Of a DNA stretch of 64,000 nucleotides, positions 1 to 14,705 are shown in pieces. The translations under genes were made by a program, and so were the position numbers. Source of the stretch: Eledone cirrhosa. Its lineage: Eukaryota. Position 1 is the stretch's first letter. Every line of letters begins with the position of its first letter. The DNA is taken from NCBI GenBank assembly GCA_964016885.1, contig OZ024742.1, positions 88,536,001-88,600,000 of the forward strand. The letters are read 5' to 3'. The notes below the pieces were generated by a model. The model saw nothing but the letters and a program-made list of their open reading frames with translations, made no database searches and had not been told where the DNA came from.

Positions 1-137
1 ACCAGCCTGGCCACAAACACAACAAACAAAACAGTAACAACACATATATCGTCAATTTCGTCATCAGCAACTGATCTCAAGTAACTAGTCGACAGCAGTT
101 TTACGAATGCCATATGCTTGCAAGGAAAATAAGCCAG

Positions 138-177
138 ATGTTTACGACCAATATACTGTGTTTTACCGCCTTCACAG
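138..177 (+). CDS. possible first coding exon of an unknown host gene ([13 protein letters not shown], signal-peptide-like), phase-1 intron donor
   Basis: ATG at 138, short hydrophobic frame, then a consensus donor CAG|GTAAGT at 177/178; no downstream exon identified. Confidence 0.25.
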
Positions 178-293
178 GTAAGTCTCCTTACATTGCAATC
201 AGCTTTCATGTGTATTCTCCTCGTGCCAGGGGCTACCCCATCGATTAAATCTAGGTATTATTCCTTCTCGCCACGTAGCAATTTCATTCTCCA

Positions 294-320
294 CATATAT
301 ATACATATGTATACATACAC

Positions 321-367
<47 letters not shown>

Positions 368-373
368 TGTGTG

Positions 374-427
<54 letters not shown>

Positions 428-430
428 GCA

Positions 431-461
<31 letters not shown>

Positions 462-462
462 A

Positions 463-545
<83 letters not shown>

Positions 546-552
546 CGTAACA

Positions 553-596
<44 letters not shown>

Positions 597-612
597 ATAT
601 ATATATATATAC
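294..612. repeat. compound (TA)n/(TG)n microsatellite, representative of dozens of TA, CA and GA tracts in the window
   Basis: direct inspection; these tracts produce the [16 protein letters not shown] ORFs. Confidence 0.98.
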
Positions 613-900
613 TTCTACCTGTTCCAGCCAACCGCCAATATACATATATATATAACCAGAAATGTTATATGGTTCGTTGATTATAATCAATTTGTTGAAT
701 AATTATTGAACGAATTCAATTTTACAATTTTTCTCTCCACAACTTCCCTTCTATATTTCCTTGTTGCTTTACATCTTTTTCTCTAAGATTATCATATTAT
801 TTGTGGTATATAAAGGTTGAGTGTTGGGGAAATAACTTACTACCACTACAGGGATTGAAAATTCAAGACCTTAGGGTTATGTCGTATAACAAATCTCTTA

Positions 901-967
901 TATATTTTATCTGACGAAAACGTACTTAAACACCATTGTACCTTTGAAATATGTATAATAAAATATA
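901..967 (+). ncRNA. type I hammerhead ribozyme motif in a PLE-like 3' remnant
   Basis: tatattttat-CTGACGA-weak stem II-GAAA-tatgta-TA-ataaaatata; 10-bp stem I. Confidence 0.7.
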
Positions 968-1010
968 TACATTGCTTATGCTAATATTTCTCATTTATTA
1001 ATATTTTGAA

Positions 1011-1078
<68 letters not shown>

Positions 1079-1488
1079 TAACCGATATATACATATATGA
1101 GTGTGCTTGTGTGTGTATGTGTGTGTGTGTATATATGTGTGTGTGCTCTTTTCTTTTAGACTTATGTTTTGAAAAGGTGACTAATCAAGATGCCTAAATA
1201 TTTCACAGTTTGTTTAACAGGTGACGTGCTAATATTTATTTATTATGAAATTCGAGGACACATTTGAAATTCATAGACAAGTGTCTGTCTGACTGTCTGG
1301 AGGTGTGTTTGCACAGGGATCAAGGTGGGAACAGACTAATTGAGAAAATTATGTTGAGCCTCTTGAGAAAGGAAATACACGCAGACACACACACATACAC
1401 TCACTCATACACATACACATACACACATATATATATATATATATACATAGTGACACACACACAGACACGCATATATTCATATAGATAC

Positions 1489-1530
<42 letters not shown>

Positions 1531-1803
1531 GCACATTAAAATATATTTATACACACATACAAATATATGTAATATATATATATATAATAACAAAGTGTGT
1601 TTGGTTAGAGAACAGGTGAATCATATCGCACCAGAGTATACTTGGCATTCAGGTCCTCGACGGCTGAACTCCTGCAATTTCGACAACTATATACATATAT
1701 ATAGTGATTGTAACTTCCAATTACTGTAGGTTCACCAGATTGAGCACTCAATGCGTAGTTTCCAGTAAGTATAGAGGTGTAGTACTAAGCAGAGTGTAAT
1801 TAT

Positions 1804-1975
1804 TATAATAATAAAAAGGACGATTTGTTATGGTTTCATCACGTTTATTATGTAGTGACGTGCGTTTCGCTATTGATCAGCTCAAGGTAGGATCAGCTCA
1901 AGTTGATCAATAGGGAAATGTGCGTCACTACTCAATAAACGGAATGAAGACATAACAAATCGTCCTGTTTGTTAT
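1804..1975. repeat. degenerate foldback with the 3' half of a hammerhead in each arm
   Basis: arms about 1804-1882 / 1900-1975; GAAA-cgcacg-TC-actac on minus, GAAA-tgtgcg-TC-actac on plus. Confidence 0.7.
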
Positions 1976-2010
1976 ACACCCCCTCCCACACACACACACA
2001 TATATATATA

Positions 2011-5000
2011 TTGATAAAATGTAAGGTGAATATACGTGTGAAAAGGTTACTAAAAATAATGACAAAAATTATAAATAAAAAACAATGGTAATAATGTTTT
2101 ATTATATATAATATATAGGGGATAATTTAAAAAACAGGGACAGTGGAGGTTTACAATATAATCGAATAAATATCAAATTATCAAAAACAATTAACAATAA
2201 TTTAAAAAGTTCCCCAATAGTGTTGTGGACCACCCAGCTGCGACTCAGGTATCTAACCAATCCTGAACCACGAGGCGCTTCGTGGCCACCTAGGAAAGGC
2301 ACGCCGTCTCCTCAAATTTACCAGCCTATATGCGCATGCTAAGATTAGGCCCATTCATACGGACAATTCTCGCCACATTCACCTACGTTTTAACAAATGT
2401 ACTGGGGGACAGCAATTTTTTCTCCACCATCACCTTCTTTTCGAAGTGAAATTTGAAAAAGTTGAAGAGGGATAGGCCGAAGAGAAAAATAGAAGTCTTC
2501 AGTCCTTTCAAACTGGTCCATATTACAACCTATTTTCCTACCGCCACTAGACCAAGGAAAACTACCCTTCCCGGCCAAAAGAATCCGGCGGCGCGATATT
2601 CACTATGGACTTGGTCGATACCAAGATACTTCCTACAAGCGACAACAGCTGTTGGACATAACTCCACAAATCAGTAATGCACAGACACTGGACGCGTGCG
2701 TGTAGAACGCTTTTGTCGCTCTGCGCGCATCTCGGGCAGGTCAGTCGGACAGAAGTTCCGTCCCTGTAGAGTTTATCTTGAACCGGGAGTGCCCAGCGGT
2801 AGCCACGTCAAGTGAGGGATTTCTGGAAGTTATCCATTGTACTCGTCTCAAAAGTCCTCCGGAACAGACTGATCAGATTGACATCGTAGACGCCCAGAAC
2901 TTCTCCGACTGCGTTAGCCGTCGAACCTGCCTATCACTAATCTTCTATAGAACTGGAGAGTGGAAATTCCACTCACTGCATTGCCCGCCTGGTAGACAGT
3001 AGTGGTCGACTGGGATCATTCCAAACGCCAGGCGCCCATACTTGGTCTCTCTTTGACCTAGGACTGCATCTCTGTTAAATAGATTAGTTGTCAAAGCCTG
3101 TCTCGCAGTCGGAAACCATACATGTTCTCTGTTTAGGCAGAATATCTAGAGATGCCACAGCCTCATTGCATTCGCATAAACGGTGTTGGCAGCAGATTTA
3201 TCGGCTCACCAACGCAAGGAGGTGAAAAGGAACCGTTTCAATTTGGCGAGGCGCAAACGGGAGCAAGGCACGATGATCAGACCGTAAAAGATGACGAACG
3301 CGATCTACGCGTTCGCCTCCTCCTCCCCACTTTTTAGAGACAGCTTCTTCTAGGCCCATTTCTGGGTGAGAATGGCTATACAAATCGTAACTTCTTCACA
3401 ATTCTTATCCACCTATAGATCTGCTCCAAAGAAAACACCGAGCCAGTTTACCAGTCCGTCCCTCCAGCGTCTGTCGAACGGCATATACTTGACTATTCAG
3501 GTGTGGAGCAGCAAGCCCACCGACTTTTCCGGGTTCAGTTTTGCTCCCCTGAACCTTTCATATTCCTCCAACCATGTGTCAACCATTTCGTTTTCCGAGG
3601 TGACGTGTTCCGCAAAAGAATACACAGCCTTTCCACGTCCCTGTTCGAGCGGGATGCATTGCTCCAGCTTCTGCAGTAAACGCTCGAAAATCAATACGTA
3701 CAGAAGGAAGGAGAGTGGACACGCTTGACAGACCATTAGGGAGATCTGAAACGGTTCCGAAAGATGGCCATTAACTTTGAACACTGATCTGATGCCGCAG
3801 GACATTGCACGATCCAGACTCTGAAGACGGAACCAAAGCCAGCTGGATTGAGTACAGCCTCCACGTATTGATAGTCAAAATAGAAAAGTTTCCTTTCATC
3901 GAAATTGAACAGAGTCGCACCGAAGACAGGTATATACCCTACTCTCTCTATGATGATTCACATGAGGAGGAGTTTGTTGTGTATGGTCCTGGTCGGGATT
4001 GCAAAAATGTGCGCCTCCCCTACCAAATCCTCGACGACAAGAGCACACCTCTTTGCTCACACCTTCGTCAAAATATTAAACTTTGTGTTTAGCAGAGTTA
4101 TGAGCCTGAAGTTGTTTAATGTATCCTTCTTATACTCGTTCTTCCCTATCAGCGTCAATACAGACGCTCACAGATCTAGGAATACTCCCGTTTTGTTGAT
4201 AGTTGCAGTAGAGCGCTTCGAGGAAATCATTGAAAACATCTGGCGACCTATGTAAAGTTCATAGGGCTGACAATCCAAACATGTTGACTTGCACCGTTTG
4301 AAAATGTGGACAACGTAGACTATACTTATCTACTGACCTAATAAAGAATCTAGCTCTATACGATCTAGCTGACACTAAGTGGTAGGTCAAGCTCCGCACT
4401 GGCGCATTAGGGAAATCTAGTCGATACATGTCAGACATTTGGTACTAGCTGATCACCTACTTGGGGCGTTTTCGCTCCCTGCTGCCCCCAATAAAAGAAT
4501 AGGGCACGACGTTCCCAGAAAAACCTCCAGGTGCTTAAAGAAATCCCGCCGTCCATCGCCGGTCGGGGCGTAGATGGCCACTAGTCTACAGACACCGCCT
4601 TCGCTTTGGCCTACATCCAAGACCACCAACCTACCGTGCGGACCATAAGATCAAACTTACCTCGATGTCGATGGCTTTCCTATACATCACTGCCACCCCA
4701 ACTTCTCCCGGACGGCTGCTGAGAGATGCGAAGAACTGGTAATCGTCGAAAATAAAGCTACTGAGCAGGTTTCGGAAATCCTGATCCCACTGATGGTAGC
4801 TACATCAATATCTAGTCACCTGAGGTCCTCAGCATGTGACCCTGTTTCCAGGACGATTCAAGGAACATTTAAACATCTCACTCATATGAAGGCTATGATA
4901 GAAGGTTAATAGTGAGAGAGGAACGGTCTACTACCTTTCTGGGGCTTGTGGAAGTAGAGTGCTTTGACATCCATGATCCGTGGGAACCTCGTTAGAAGCC

Positions 5001-5770
5001 GAATCGCGGCTTTCAAACTTGGGTTTCTCACATCGTCACAGAAGCTCTCTCTAATGTTTTCGTACTTTTTACTGGATTCTGCAACAAGGAAGGGTATAAT
5101 TTATTCGAGGTTGGGTGTGGTGAAGTATGAAAGCATCACCGTAATTCGGTTTAAGAATCAGTGGTACCCGTGCAGCGGGAGAAAGATGCGCCCAAGGCTT
5201 TGAAGAAGATGGCCAAGATGTTATTCGGCACGTGTTGGGATTATGGCTCATTGAACCAAGTTGCTAGCCGTAACATGGTTCTGCTTCGTCTTTGTCTTCG
5301 TGAGTGTGGTATCCTATGTTCTTTTTCTTTCTGATACGTCCGACGCTAGCTTCCTCATTCTAGTCTTCCTCATTACTGTTATCAGTCCTGCGAGTGTTAC
5401 TGACTCTGACACTTACAGTATGTTCATCGTTTCGGTTCTTCTTACAGTTCGTTTTGTGACCGGTGTCATCTGGGGGGATATTAGAGGTCTCGATGTTGTG
5501 TTTGGGCTTTGCAGCGACGTTTACTGTCATGGTATTGTGTTTGGGCCTTCTGGTGGGACTGAGCTTTTTTCACTGCTCTTCGAGTTGCTATTTGTGTGAT
5601 GTGTAAGTGTTGCGATTCGTTTCGGTTCCACTTGCCTCATATATCCTGTTGTGTCTTTGAATATGTTTCAGTGGATTGCGATGATTCATGTTGTGCGTAC
5701 TATCACCGTGGACATCGGGGTTATGCTCTGGCTGTAAAGTCAATGTTGTAATGTGTAGACACACACTAAA
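2011..5770 (-). mobile_element. decayed L1/Tx1-clade non-LTR retrotransposon (ORF1-like region, APE endonuclease, RT)
   Basis: minus-strand RLVAIYAPT (about 4560-4590); RT motifs CPLSFLLYVL, FAEHVT (degenerate YADDVT) and GAKLNPEKS in ORF 3497-3805; many stops and frameshifts; boundaries approximate. Confidence 0.8.
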
Positions 5771-7847
5771 CATTCATTGCAAATATTACCCTTAATGACA
5801 AATTGGACTGTTGTTATTGTCGTTGATACCGATACAACATTCTAATGTTTTCCTTTCTTTTCTCTTATTTTATTTCCACTATCAAAAACATCACCTTTGC
5901 TATTGTTAGTATTATTATTATTCGTAACGCTTTCGTTCTGGCAAATGTTATACCGACACTATACCAATAAATCGAACCATAGCCAATGGTCAAAGGTCCT
6001 TTGGGTCATTTTTTCTTCTTAAATTTTAAAACACCCTTCTTAGAATTCTTACTGTTCCCAGCATAGCTATTTTATATAAGAATCCTGTCCTGGTAATTCC
6101 TAGCTCCTCAAACCTTGGACCCACCCTTTTACTCACTGATCCTAGTGATTCTTTAATTACAATTTTAATATATAATATTCCATTATACATCGACTTTCTG
6201 TTTGTCTCTGGCTCTCTGTATGCGTCGGACAGCCAGTGTACTTGTGTGTTCTCATATTAGCGGTCAAGCATTCATGTATGTGTATGTATGTATGCTGATA
6301 TACGGGTGATCTATATTTATGAATATGACCTGCTAGAATAGGATTTCGTGCGTATACATTTTCCTAGCCACAGTCACGCTCTTAAACATCAGTACCCACC
6401 CACTTCCTACTATTGTACATAAAATAATTTACTAACGACCGATAGACGCCAACGGAAAATATCTACACTACAAAAATATGCTGTGAATAAACCGATACTT
6501 TATACTGATAAAAACGATGAATGTTAGTTCTGACAGAAACAACAGTAATAGATAGATTAAATGAAATAAAAACATAAAAAATAATTATTTTATAGCTCCG
6601 ATAAAAGCCATCGCAGACTAACATCGTATCACAGACAGGCGAGATAAATTGATACAGTAACATCCTTTTACTAGCTAGCACCATTAAGGAAGCCCAGTTT
6701 CCTCATCAGTGTCTAACTACTGCTAGCGTGTAATAGCATATGCGTATTCAAACTCGAACAAATAACAATAGCAGGCATATCAGAAAAAACAAACATTGCT
6801 TAAATTGTTCACACCTATCTGATAACGACATGTCTAACAATTCGTAATGACAGTTTAATTCATTTAACATGTACATATAGGGTGTAATATAGTAAGGCCA
6901 TAAATTACAGCATAACATGTGAAATCTCTCTTCTTCCCTACACACACACACACACTCACACACACACATACACACTCGCACGCAAACACACACACACACA
7001 CACGCTCATCCCCCCCCCTACATAAACCATATATCAGAGCATTGCATACTGCCAATGTTATAAGTAAGCACATATCAAATATTTTACAGCAAATAATCTA
7101 ATTAGGTTAAAAAATATACAGGCAAAATAAATATTATACTTAAATTTTCACTCAGTGATACAAACCATCGACCTTTACTGCTGATTAAAACCGGCAAATG
7201 ATGGAATCATGAGCTGCAATTCTCAATAGACATCTTGAAATTCTAGGAAAATGTTAGTTCCTAAAGAACGAGACGCCAGTCATTGTTCAGCGCATGTGTA
7301 GAAAAGAATGTAACATTCGATAGAATGAAAGTGCTAAATGGTAACTCTAGAAACAGATTACAAACTAACTCATAAAACATTTCTCGTAGAATTTAGGAAC
7401 ATATATATCAAAAGAGATCGATATATGATATATATAATGATCATATGGTTCTATTGTAGATCTATAAGAGAATTAGGGCTAAAACTCCCAAACCGCAGCG
7501 CGTTGCACGCCACCAATATCATAGTATATGCTCACGATTGTATTTATATTTTCTACTTCAGTATGCCTGCGTTATTATGTGATTATCTTCCTCTATGTAT
7601 GTGATTATTTTTGCTATATGGTGCAGCCTGTTCATTATTTTATTACTCTCTTTAGAAATACCATATTGTTAAGAAGATCAAGCAATATTGCATATATATG
7701 CACAACATACAAGATAAATCATCGAATGCCATCGTGTTTTCTTCTTACTATCTTAGTATTGATGTACATATTATTTTTACTGGACATGGTCTATATGTAT
7801 TGGATCTTTTCAAATATTATTGATATTGGGGAAAATGTTAGGTTGTT

Positions 7848-7912
<65 letters not shown>

Positions 7913-10468
7913 GTGTGTGTGTGCATATAAATATATTGAAAGATATTGGAAGATATCCAATATCTGTATTATTGAACTGTATTATAGATATCGTTGATAT
8001 TATGGATATCGTTGAAATGTGCATTTTCTAAATCTATTATTATTTCTTCCAGTAGGGCCGAAACATTGGTTAAATGTTTTGTTTCAGTAATTTTATTTTT
8101 CTTAAGCGTTTATAACCTCACATTTGATGGTCCTTCGTAGTCCGGAGATTAATTTGATTGTAATTGTATAGAATGTGTATCGTGTAACGTGCATGCAATA
8201 ACTCGTATTCCTATATTCTCTATGCTGTGTATCTCTTTATACTCATATTCAACAAATGATAATCACTGCAAACGCATTGTACGTACATTTAATAAACGCA
8301 TTTATCTACATATATTATTATGTAAATGGCTTGCATTTCATACTCATATAGTAATTATCTTTATTTTTAAATCTTGCATCTATTCTTTATTTCTCTAGGA
8401 TATAGACCAATGTCTGTTGAATGTAATACCTCGTAAGCAATAAGATGTAGCTTAGTTTATTTAAACACCTCTATATTAATTAGAATGTAGAGGAGTATAG
8501 CCATTTATCATTCTAATTATTTTTTTCCTTTTCTGTGTGAAGTGAACAAACGTTACAGTATATGGAATTACTACATCTGCCACGTTAATATTTATATTCT
8601 CTTTTGGTCTGCCAGAAACAATATGATTAATTTTTTCTTTCAAATTTCCACGTGGTCTGCCAACTCAATGAATTCCTCTCCTTAATTGCTTAGTGTGAGT
8701 TCAAGAAGAAAACTTTTCCGTCATGCCGCAATAAAATATATTTCAATATAAACTTAGTATTCTGCATGTGTTAGCTTGTGCTTCAATTTTGCTATATCCA
8801 CTTATCTTTTCCTTGTTTTGTCAGTTATGGATCGTGTAAGGATATCTTCCTCATTGCTTTAACATGGTATTCTGTCGTTTAAAGTATATCTTTAATTTTT
8901 GTTTTATTTATTTCTTTATGTATTTGTAAATATTTCCATTCCCCATATTCCCACAACTGGCCTTTTTCTCAGACACTGATTTATATTAATTGACACTTTT
9001 GAAGAAGGAAATCTATTCTATTCCAGTTTTGTAGCCCCATGCTTCAGCTATCATTTATTATTTGCCACGTATTTTTCTTCTCGTAGCATACATATTTTAT
9101 AATTTTCTAGTTACAGCGATTCCCAAATCTTAAATAATCCTGATAAATATAACATTTCTATGTATGATGTTAGGGACTGTTCTTTAAATTTTAATCTCGC
9201 TATTGGATATGTTTTCACCACAACTAATCACATATTGCTGAATCACCGCTTTATAATTATTCATTCATCCTTCAGCTATGAGATTAATAAAGAACTTCTG
9301 ATGACCTCTTTAAAAAAAACTCTGTTTTCTGTTGGTAAATGTTAGTTGACACTTATTGCTTTCCATTCGCTGTTTAATTTACAAATGATCTGGTGATACC
9401 TACCTGGATACATAGAAAGAAATGAGGCAGGAAAATGCCAAACACAATTTTGTCTTATGATCGAAATATTCCGCTAATCCACAACTAATGATCGCTACTT
9501 TAAATCATTAACTTCTAAAAATCACAGTAGCATGGGAAGAAAAATAGGCCCCTATAGGATTTGAAATCAGAATGTAATTATGTGGAACATAAAACAGAAA
9601 ACGCTTTTTCTGCTGCTTTCAATATTTTGACAATACAACACCACAAATGTATTTAATACCTTTTTTTTCTAAATATCCTATACATGTTACTTGTTGTGGT
9701 TGATTTTCTAAATTGGCTTGGCGCCCAATTGAAAGTTCTATCTCTTATTAGTAGAATAGCCAGTGTATTGATGCTTCAATATTGTATATTTTCACATTTA
9801 ACTGTTATTAGTATTATTCTTATGCACCTATAATGTTTCTTCTTAACATTTCTCTGTTATACTTCATCTATTTCATTGATCCGTAACTGAGAGTAAGACT
9901 ACATTTTTCTGCTTCACCTATCTATGTTGTGGTATCTAATATGACATCAATGATATCTATTAGTTTTTCTGTTTTAATGTGGCCTTGGCGCGTTTTTCTA
10001 AAGCGAGTTTCTTATCATTTCCTATACTAAATACACGTTTCATCTGAGGCTGTTTCCAATTGTTTATTGATTTTCATATATCAGCGATTGTTGATTTTTA
10101 GCCGAGACCAGTTTGATGTGGCATATTGATCAGGTATGATTTACTACATAGTCAAGTGCAAGCTATTTTCTAAAAGTCGAGCAAGGTAACTTGTGGTAAA
10201 CGTGCTTTTCAGAGAGGTCCAGTCTAGGAGGCATGAATGATAGCGTCCTCGGACAAATCTGGCCCCTGAGCCTGTCAATCTGAATAGTCTGTTGCGGAAA
10301 CTATTTTCAACATAAATAAATTTCTGATCTAGCAATCTTACCAGCAAAACATAAATTCGAGATTATGGCAGGGTTTATTAGACCAGATCGCTTAAAATGA
10401 ATACATAATAAGGAAGTCCTTCGGTGCGTATTCCTTCATTGTGTAACAATTGCTGCCCTGTAAAATTA

Positions 10469-10650
10469 ATTGTTTCTACTTTAGGCACAAGGCCAGCAAT
10501 TACCAGTGCATTACTGGTACTTTATTTTATCGACCCCGTAAGGATGAAAGGCAAAGTCAACCTCGGCGGGATTTGAACTCAGATGGTAAAGGGACGTAAC
10601 TATGCTGGAAAGCATGGCGTCCGACCCTCTACCGATACTGCCAATCCACC
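10469..10650 (-). mobile_element. tRNA-derived SINE, family 1
   Basis: minus-strand A box TGGCAGTATCGG, B box GAGTTCAAATCC, core GCCTTTCATCCTTACGGGGTCGATAAAAT, tail GTAGAAACAAT; about 8 copies in the window. Confidence 0.9.
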
Positions 10651-10744
10651 ATTAATGTGAAACAGTTATTGCCGTGTGGGAAATGGATGCATTTTAAAAT
10701 GGTCAACTAAGCATGATGAGTTTGGTTATAATCATTCCTTTGAT

Positions 10745-11480
10745 ACACAAGATCACCAAAATGAGCATCACCCTCCACTTCCTCATCATCATCATTATCA
10801 TCATCCCCGCCACCGCTATCCTAACCCTGAACATCAATGTCATCACGTCACCAACAACACCACCATCTTTAACGTTCCAGTGACACCACTGATTATCATC
10901 GTCTTCACCATCATCCGTAATCAATTACTTCGTTATGATCATCATACCCAAAATCATCTCTTGATAAATTTTGCTATCACCATCGTAGTTATTATTTAGT
11001 CATTTGTTACGCCTGAATGAGCAAACAAATTAAGGTATCGAGGGCATTTCATTTATCATCTTCCCGATTACCCCTTATGCAGTATGTTCGTAAGACTAAA
11101 TTATTCAGTCTCTCGTTGTTAAGACTGTGTAGTGCGATTTGAAGAATATTATCTTCTTCACGGCTATCAAGGTTAATTTTCATTGCCATTATGTTCCACC
11201 TCTTCATCCATCTTCTACATCATCAAAAAGTTTTTGACATTCTGGCTGTTACCATAACCGACAATAACATCAATATCATCATCACCATCAAATTATACTA
11301 CCGTCTTCTCTCTGCATCATTCTCTTCATCACCTACATCATCAACGGTATCACCCCTACCATCTGCAGCACTAGCATCATTCTTATTGCCATTATCATCA
11401 CTACATCCCCAAGTACCCACGATCATCACCATCAACAATGTGATCATCATTCTTAACGCCATCGACACTACATTATATAT
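10745..11480. repeat. degenerate (CAT/CAC)n low-complexity region
   Basis: recurring catcat/caccat; source of the His/Ile/Ser-rich spurious ORFs. Confidence 0.75.
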
Positions 11481-12269
11481 TTACCATAAACACTATTCAC
11501 TTATAAGTTCTTCCTATACTTCATGATGGCTTTCAAAATAATTCCTAACCTACTCATATTATACACAACACATTGAACATTACATTGCACATTCTTCGCG
11601 TTTCCTGATTTCAACCGACAACAGCTTTCACACAAAACATATGATTGTGCCTCCATGCGCACTAAGAAAGAATATTCCATTATTTGTGTTGGAATAAGAT
11701 TAACAATTCTTCCGAAAGATCTCCTTTGATCGTTAGTATCTTGACCACTTCATCGACTAGATTTTCTCAAATGTTACATCTTAACAGGCAAAGATAAATG
11801 GAATAACACATTCGATAATGTAGTTCTAAATATGTTTGGTCTGATAAAAGACGTATTTCTCGCAGCAGGAATTCCTTTGATCTTATGTCTACTACATTAT
11901 TGATGTCTTCGACAACTGACAGTGGGAACATGATGTCAACAGAAGCAGTAATATATTGATTAAGCCATATATGTATAGATTTAAACTAATTATAGGATAC
12001 TTAACCAAATTAAAAATGTGTAGAGTTGTCATAAGAGGACTGTTTTTTATTGCTGTTTTTTAGCACAGTCCTGTAATATCTGCCATCTAAGAGACGTTAT
12101 TTTAACACCACGTAGTTTTATTCGACCGTCTTACCTGGGCAGCTAACTACTTAATGTAGAGTGTGAGATATATATAGTGAGAAATAAAGCACGTATCAGA
12201 GAAATTATAGATAATTTGTTGACTTGATACTGTCTTCATGTGAGTACATATATTACTTGTCCGTAACAT

Positions 12270-13250
12270 GTTGGGGGAATTGTGAGAGCGAGTGCGGTAT
12301 GTAGTGTGATATAGTGATTGGGAGAGAATTTGTTGGTTTAACGAGAGATTATTGTAAGAGTGGCATAAAATGGGGTATGTGGTGGAACATAGAGAGGGGG
12401 AATAATTTGTTGGTCTACTGAGAGAGGGGGAATTAACAGAGTGAAAGAGAACGAGGTATATAGTGGAATATAGAGAGAGGGATATAATTTCTTGAGAGAG
12501 GGGGAATTGTGAGAGAGAGAGAGTGGGATATGTAGTGGGTTATAGAGCGGGGTGAGAGTTTATAAGTCTAGTCAGAGAGAGGGAGTTAAGAGAGTGAGAG
12601 AGAGTGAGTTATGTAGCAGAATACAAAGAGGGGGAGAGAATTTGGTGGTCTAGTGAGAGAGGGGGAATTGTGAGAGACTGTGTTGTATGTAGTGAGATAT
12701 AGAGGGCGGGAGATAATTTGTTGGTTTAGCGAGAGAGTGGGAATTAATAGAGAGAAAAAGAGTGAGTGAGCTATGTAGTGGAATATAGAGAGCGTGAGAT
12801 AAATGGGTGCTATAGGGAGAGAGGGGGATTGTGAGTGAGGGTGAGGTAAGTATTGGGATAAAGAAAGCGGGAGAGTTTGTGTTGGTTTAGTGAAAGGGAA
12901 TTAAGAGAGTAAAAAAGAGTGAGGTATGTAATGGAATATAGAGAGCGGAAGAGAATTTGGTAATCTAGGGAGAGAGGGGCACTTGTGAAAGTGATAGAGA
13001 GTGAGGTATGTAGTGAAATATAGAAGGTGGCAGTGAGTTTGGTGTTTAATGACAGTGGGGATTGTAAGAATGATAGAGAATGAGGTATGTAATCGGATAT
13101 AGAAAGGGGGAGAGAGTTTGGTAGTTTAGTGACAGGGGGTGAATGTTGGTCTAGTGAGGGAGAATGAAGCATGTCGTGGTATATAGAGAAGGTGAGAAAT
13201 GTATAATGTTTTAGAGAAAGAGAGGGAGTAATATTTTGAGAAAGAGTGAC
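12270..13250. repeat. degenerate purine-rich minisatellite, unit about 60-75 bp
   Basis: more than 10 recurrences of gagtgaggtatgtagtggaatatagagag...aatttgttggtttagtgagagagggggaatt. Confidence 0.85.
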
Positions 13251-13372
13251 AAATGAAAGAGCGACAAGGGAAGTAAAATATTTTGATATTGTATTTCACC
13301 GAAATGTGGCTGGGTATTTTATTGTGTGTATTTATATATGTGTGCGTGTCTATGTTTCTCTATACATGTGTT

Positions 13373-13439
<67 letters not shown>

Positions 13440-13699
13440 ATGTGTGTGTGTTTATATATATATGTGTTTATGCCTGTGTGTGATTATATATATGTGTGTA
13501 TCTCTCACTCTATATGTACATGCTGTCCCAAAGAAAGAATTACACATGGATTAGAATGCTGTTTTACACATTGTGGGAGAGCATGTATATATATAAATAA
13601 AGGAACGATCGACTTTCGTCAAATCAGACCGAGGGAACAATGTTTCCGTTGGTCTTTCCAATTGCTAATACTGTCTATCGGTCGCAACTCCAGGTAGAA

Positions 13700-13798
13700 G
13701 GAGCATCGTGAAATAAAGTGTCTTGCTCAAGGACATAACGCATCACCTTACGATTGCGAATCCAATTCTCTAACCACTCAGCCGCTCAGCCACACGCC

Positions 13799-13800
<2 letters not shown>
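13700..13800 (-). mobile_element. fragment of a second SINE family (CORE-like)
   Basis: aagtgtcttgctcaaggaca core-like motif followed by a reverse tRNA-like head (ctctaaccactcagcc). Confidence 0.5.
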
Positions 13801-13844
<44 letters not shown>

Positions 13845-13898
13845 TGTGTGTGTGTGCATGCATATATATATCTATCTATTCATTTATATCTATCTATC

Positions 13899-13961
<63 letters not shown>

Positions 13962-13967
<6 letters not shown>

Positions 13968-14126
13968 AGGTATGACCCCGACGGCAGAGCTCAAGCCATT
14001 TCGACGGCATTTATAGGGCTATTTATTCACCAGGTCATATTTTTTTCCTATTTCACACTCTACTACCCTAAGTATTGAGTGCTCTGGTGCGTTATGGTCC
14101 ATTTGGTTCCTTACCACAATTCGTTT

Positions 14127-14130
<4 letters not shown>
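13962..14130. mobile_element. miniature head-to-head remnant of the 49235-52025 PLE family inside (TA)n
   Basis: left part matches the HHR stem III region in minus orientation (accccgacggcagagctcaagccatttcgacggc); right part matches the family 3' tail in plus orientation (ggtgcgttatggtccatttggttccttaccaca). Confidence 0.75.
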
Positions 14131-14192
<62 letters not shown>

Positions 14193-14531
14193 GTGGGTAT
14201 CAAATATTATAATGTATAATGTATATATATATATAAATTAGCGAGAATCGGATTTCGGCTATTGGAAATTCGCGAAAAACAACTTCCGAAATGTGTGGCA
14301 AGCGCTCAATAGAAACTAGTGAACTAGAGCAAAAACATACGTTAAAAGGCCAAACATACTGAGAAGATGGTTAAACTATTAACCGCAAAGTCATAGAAGC
14401 GAACAAGCTATTTGTGTCAAACAAATAATAAAATATGTTTGAAAAACATACCCGGACTCCAGGAAATGGTGGTAAAATCCAATATCGGGTTTCTGCAACT
14501 CTTAAATCAGGTACTGTCTGCTTAAAGAAAT

Positions 14532-14705
14532 AATTGTTTCTACTTTAGGCACAAGGCCAGCAATTCACCAGTGCATTACTGGTACTTTATTTTATCGACC
14601 CCGTAAAGTCAACCTCGGCGGGATTTGAACTCAGATCGTAAAGGGACGTAACTATGCTGGAAAGCATGGCGTCCGACCCTCTACCGATACTGCCAATCCA
14701 CCGCC
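14532..14705 (-). mobile_element. tRNA-derived SINE, family 1 (small internal deletion)
   Basis: near-identical to 10469-10650; aaataat on both flanks. Confidence 0.9.

Noticed and set aside
6695-6712. CTGATGAGGAAAC on the minus strand as a hammerhead
   Set aside because: No stem II and no supporting stem I or III
8400-10100. Possible very old LINE on the minus strand
   Set aside because: No diagnostic motif could be read
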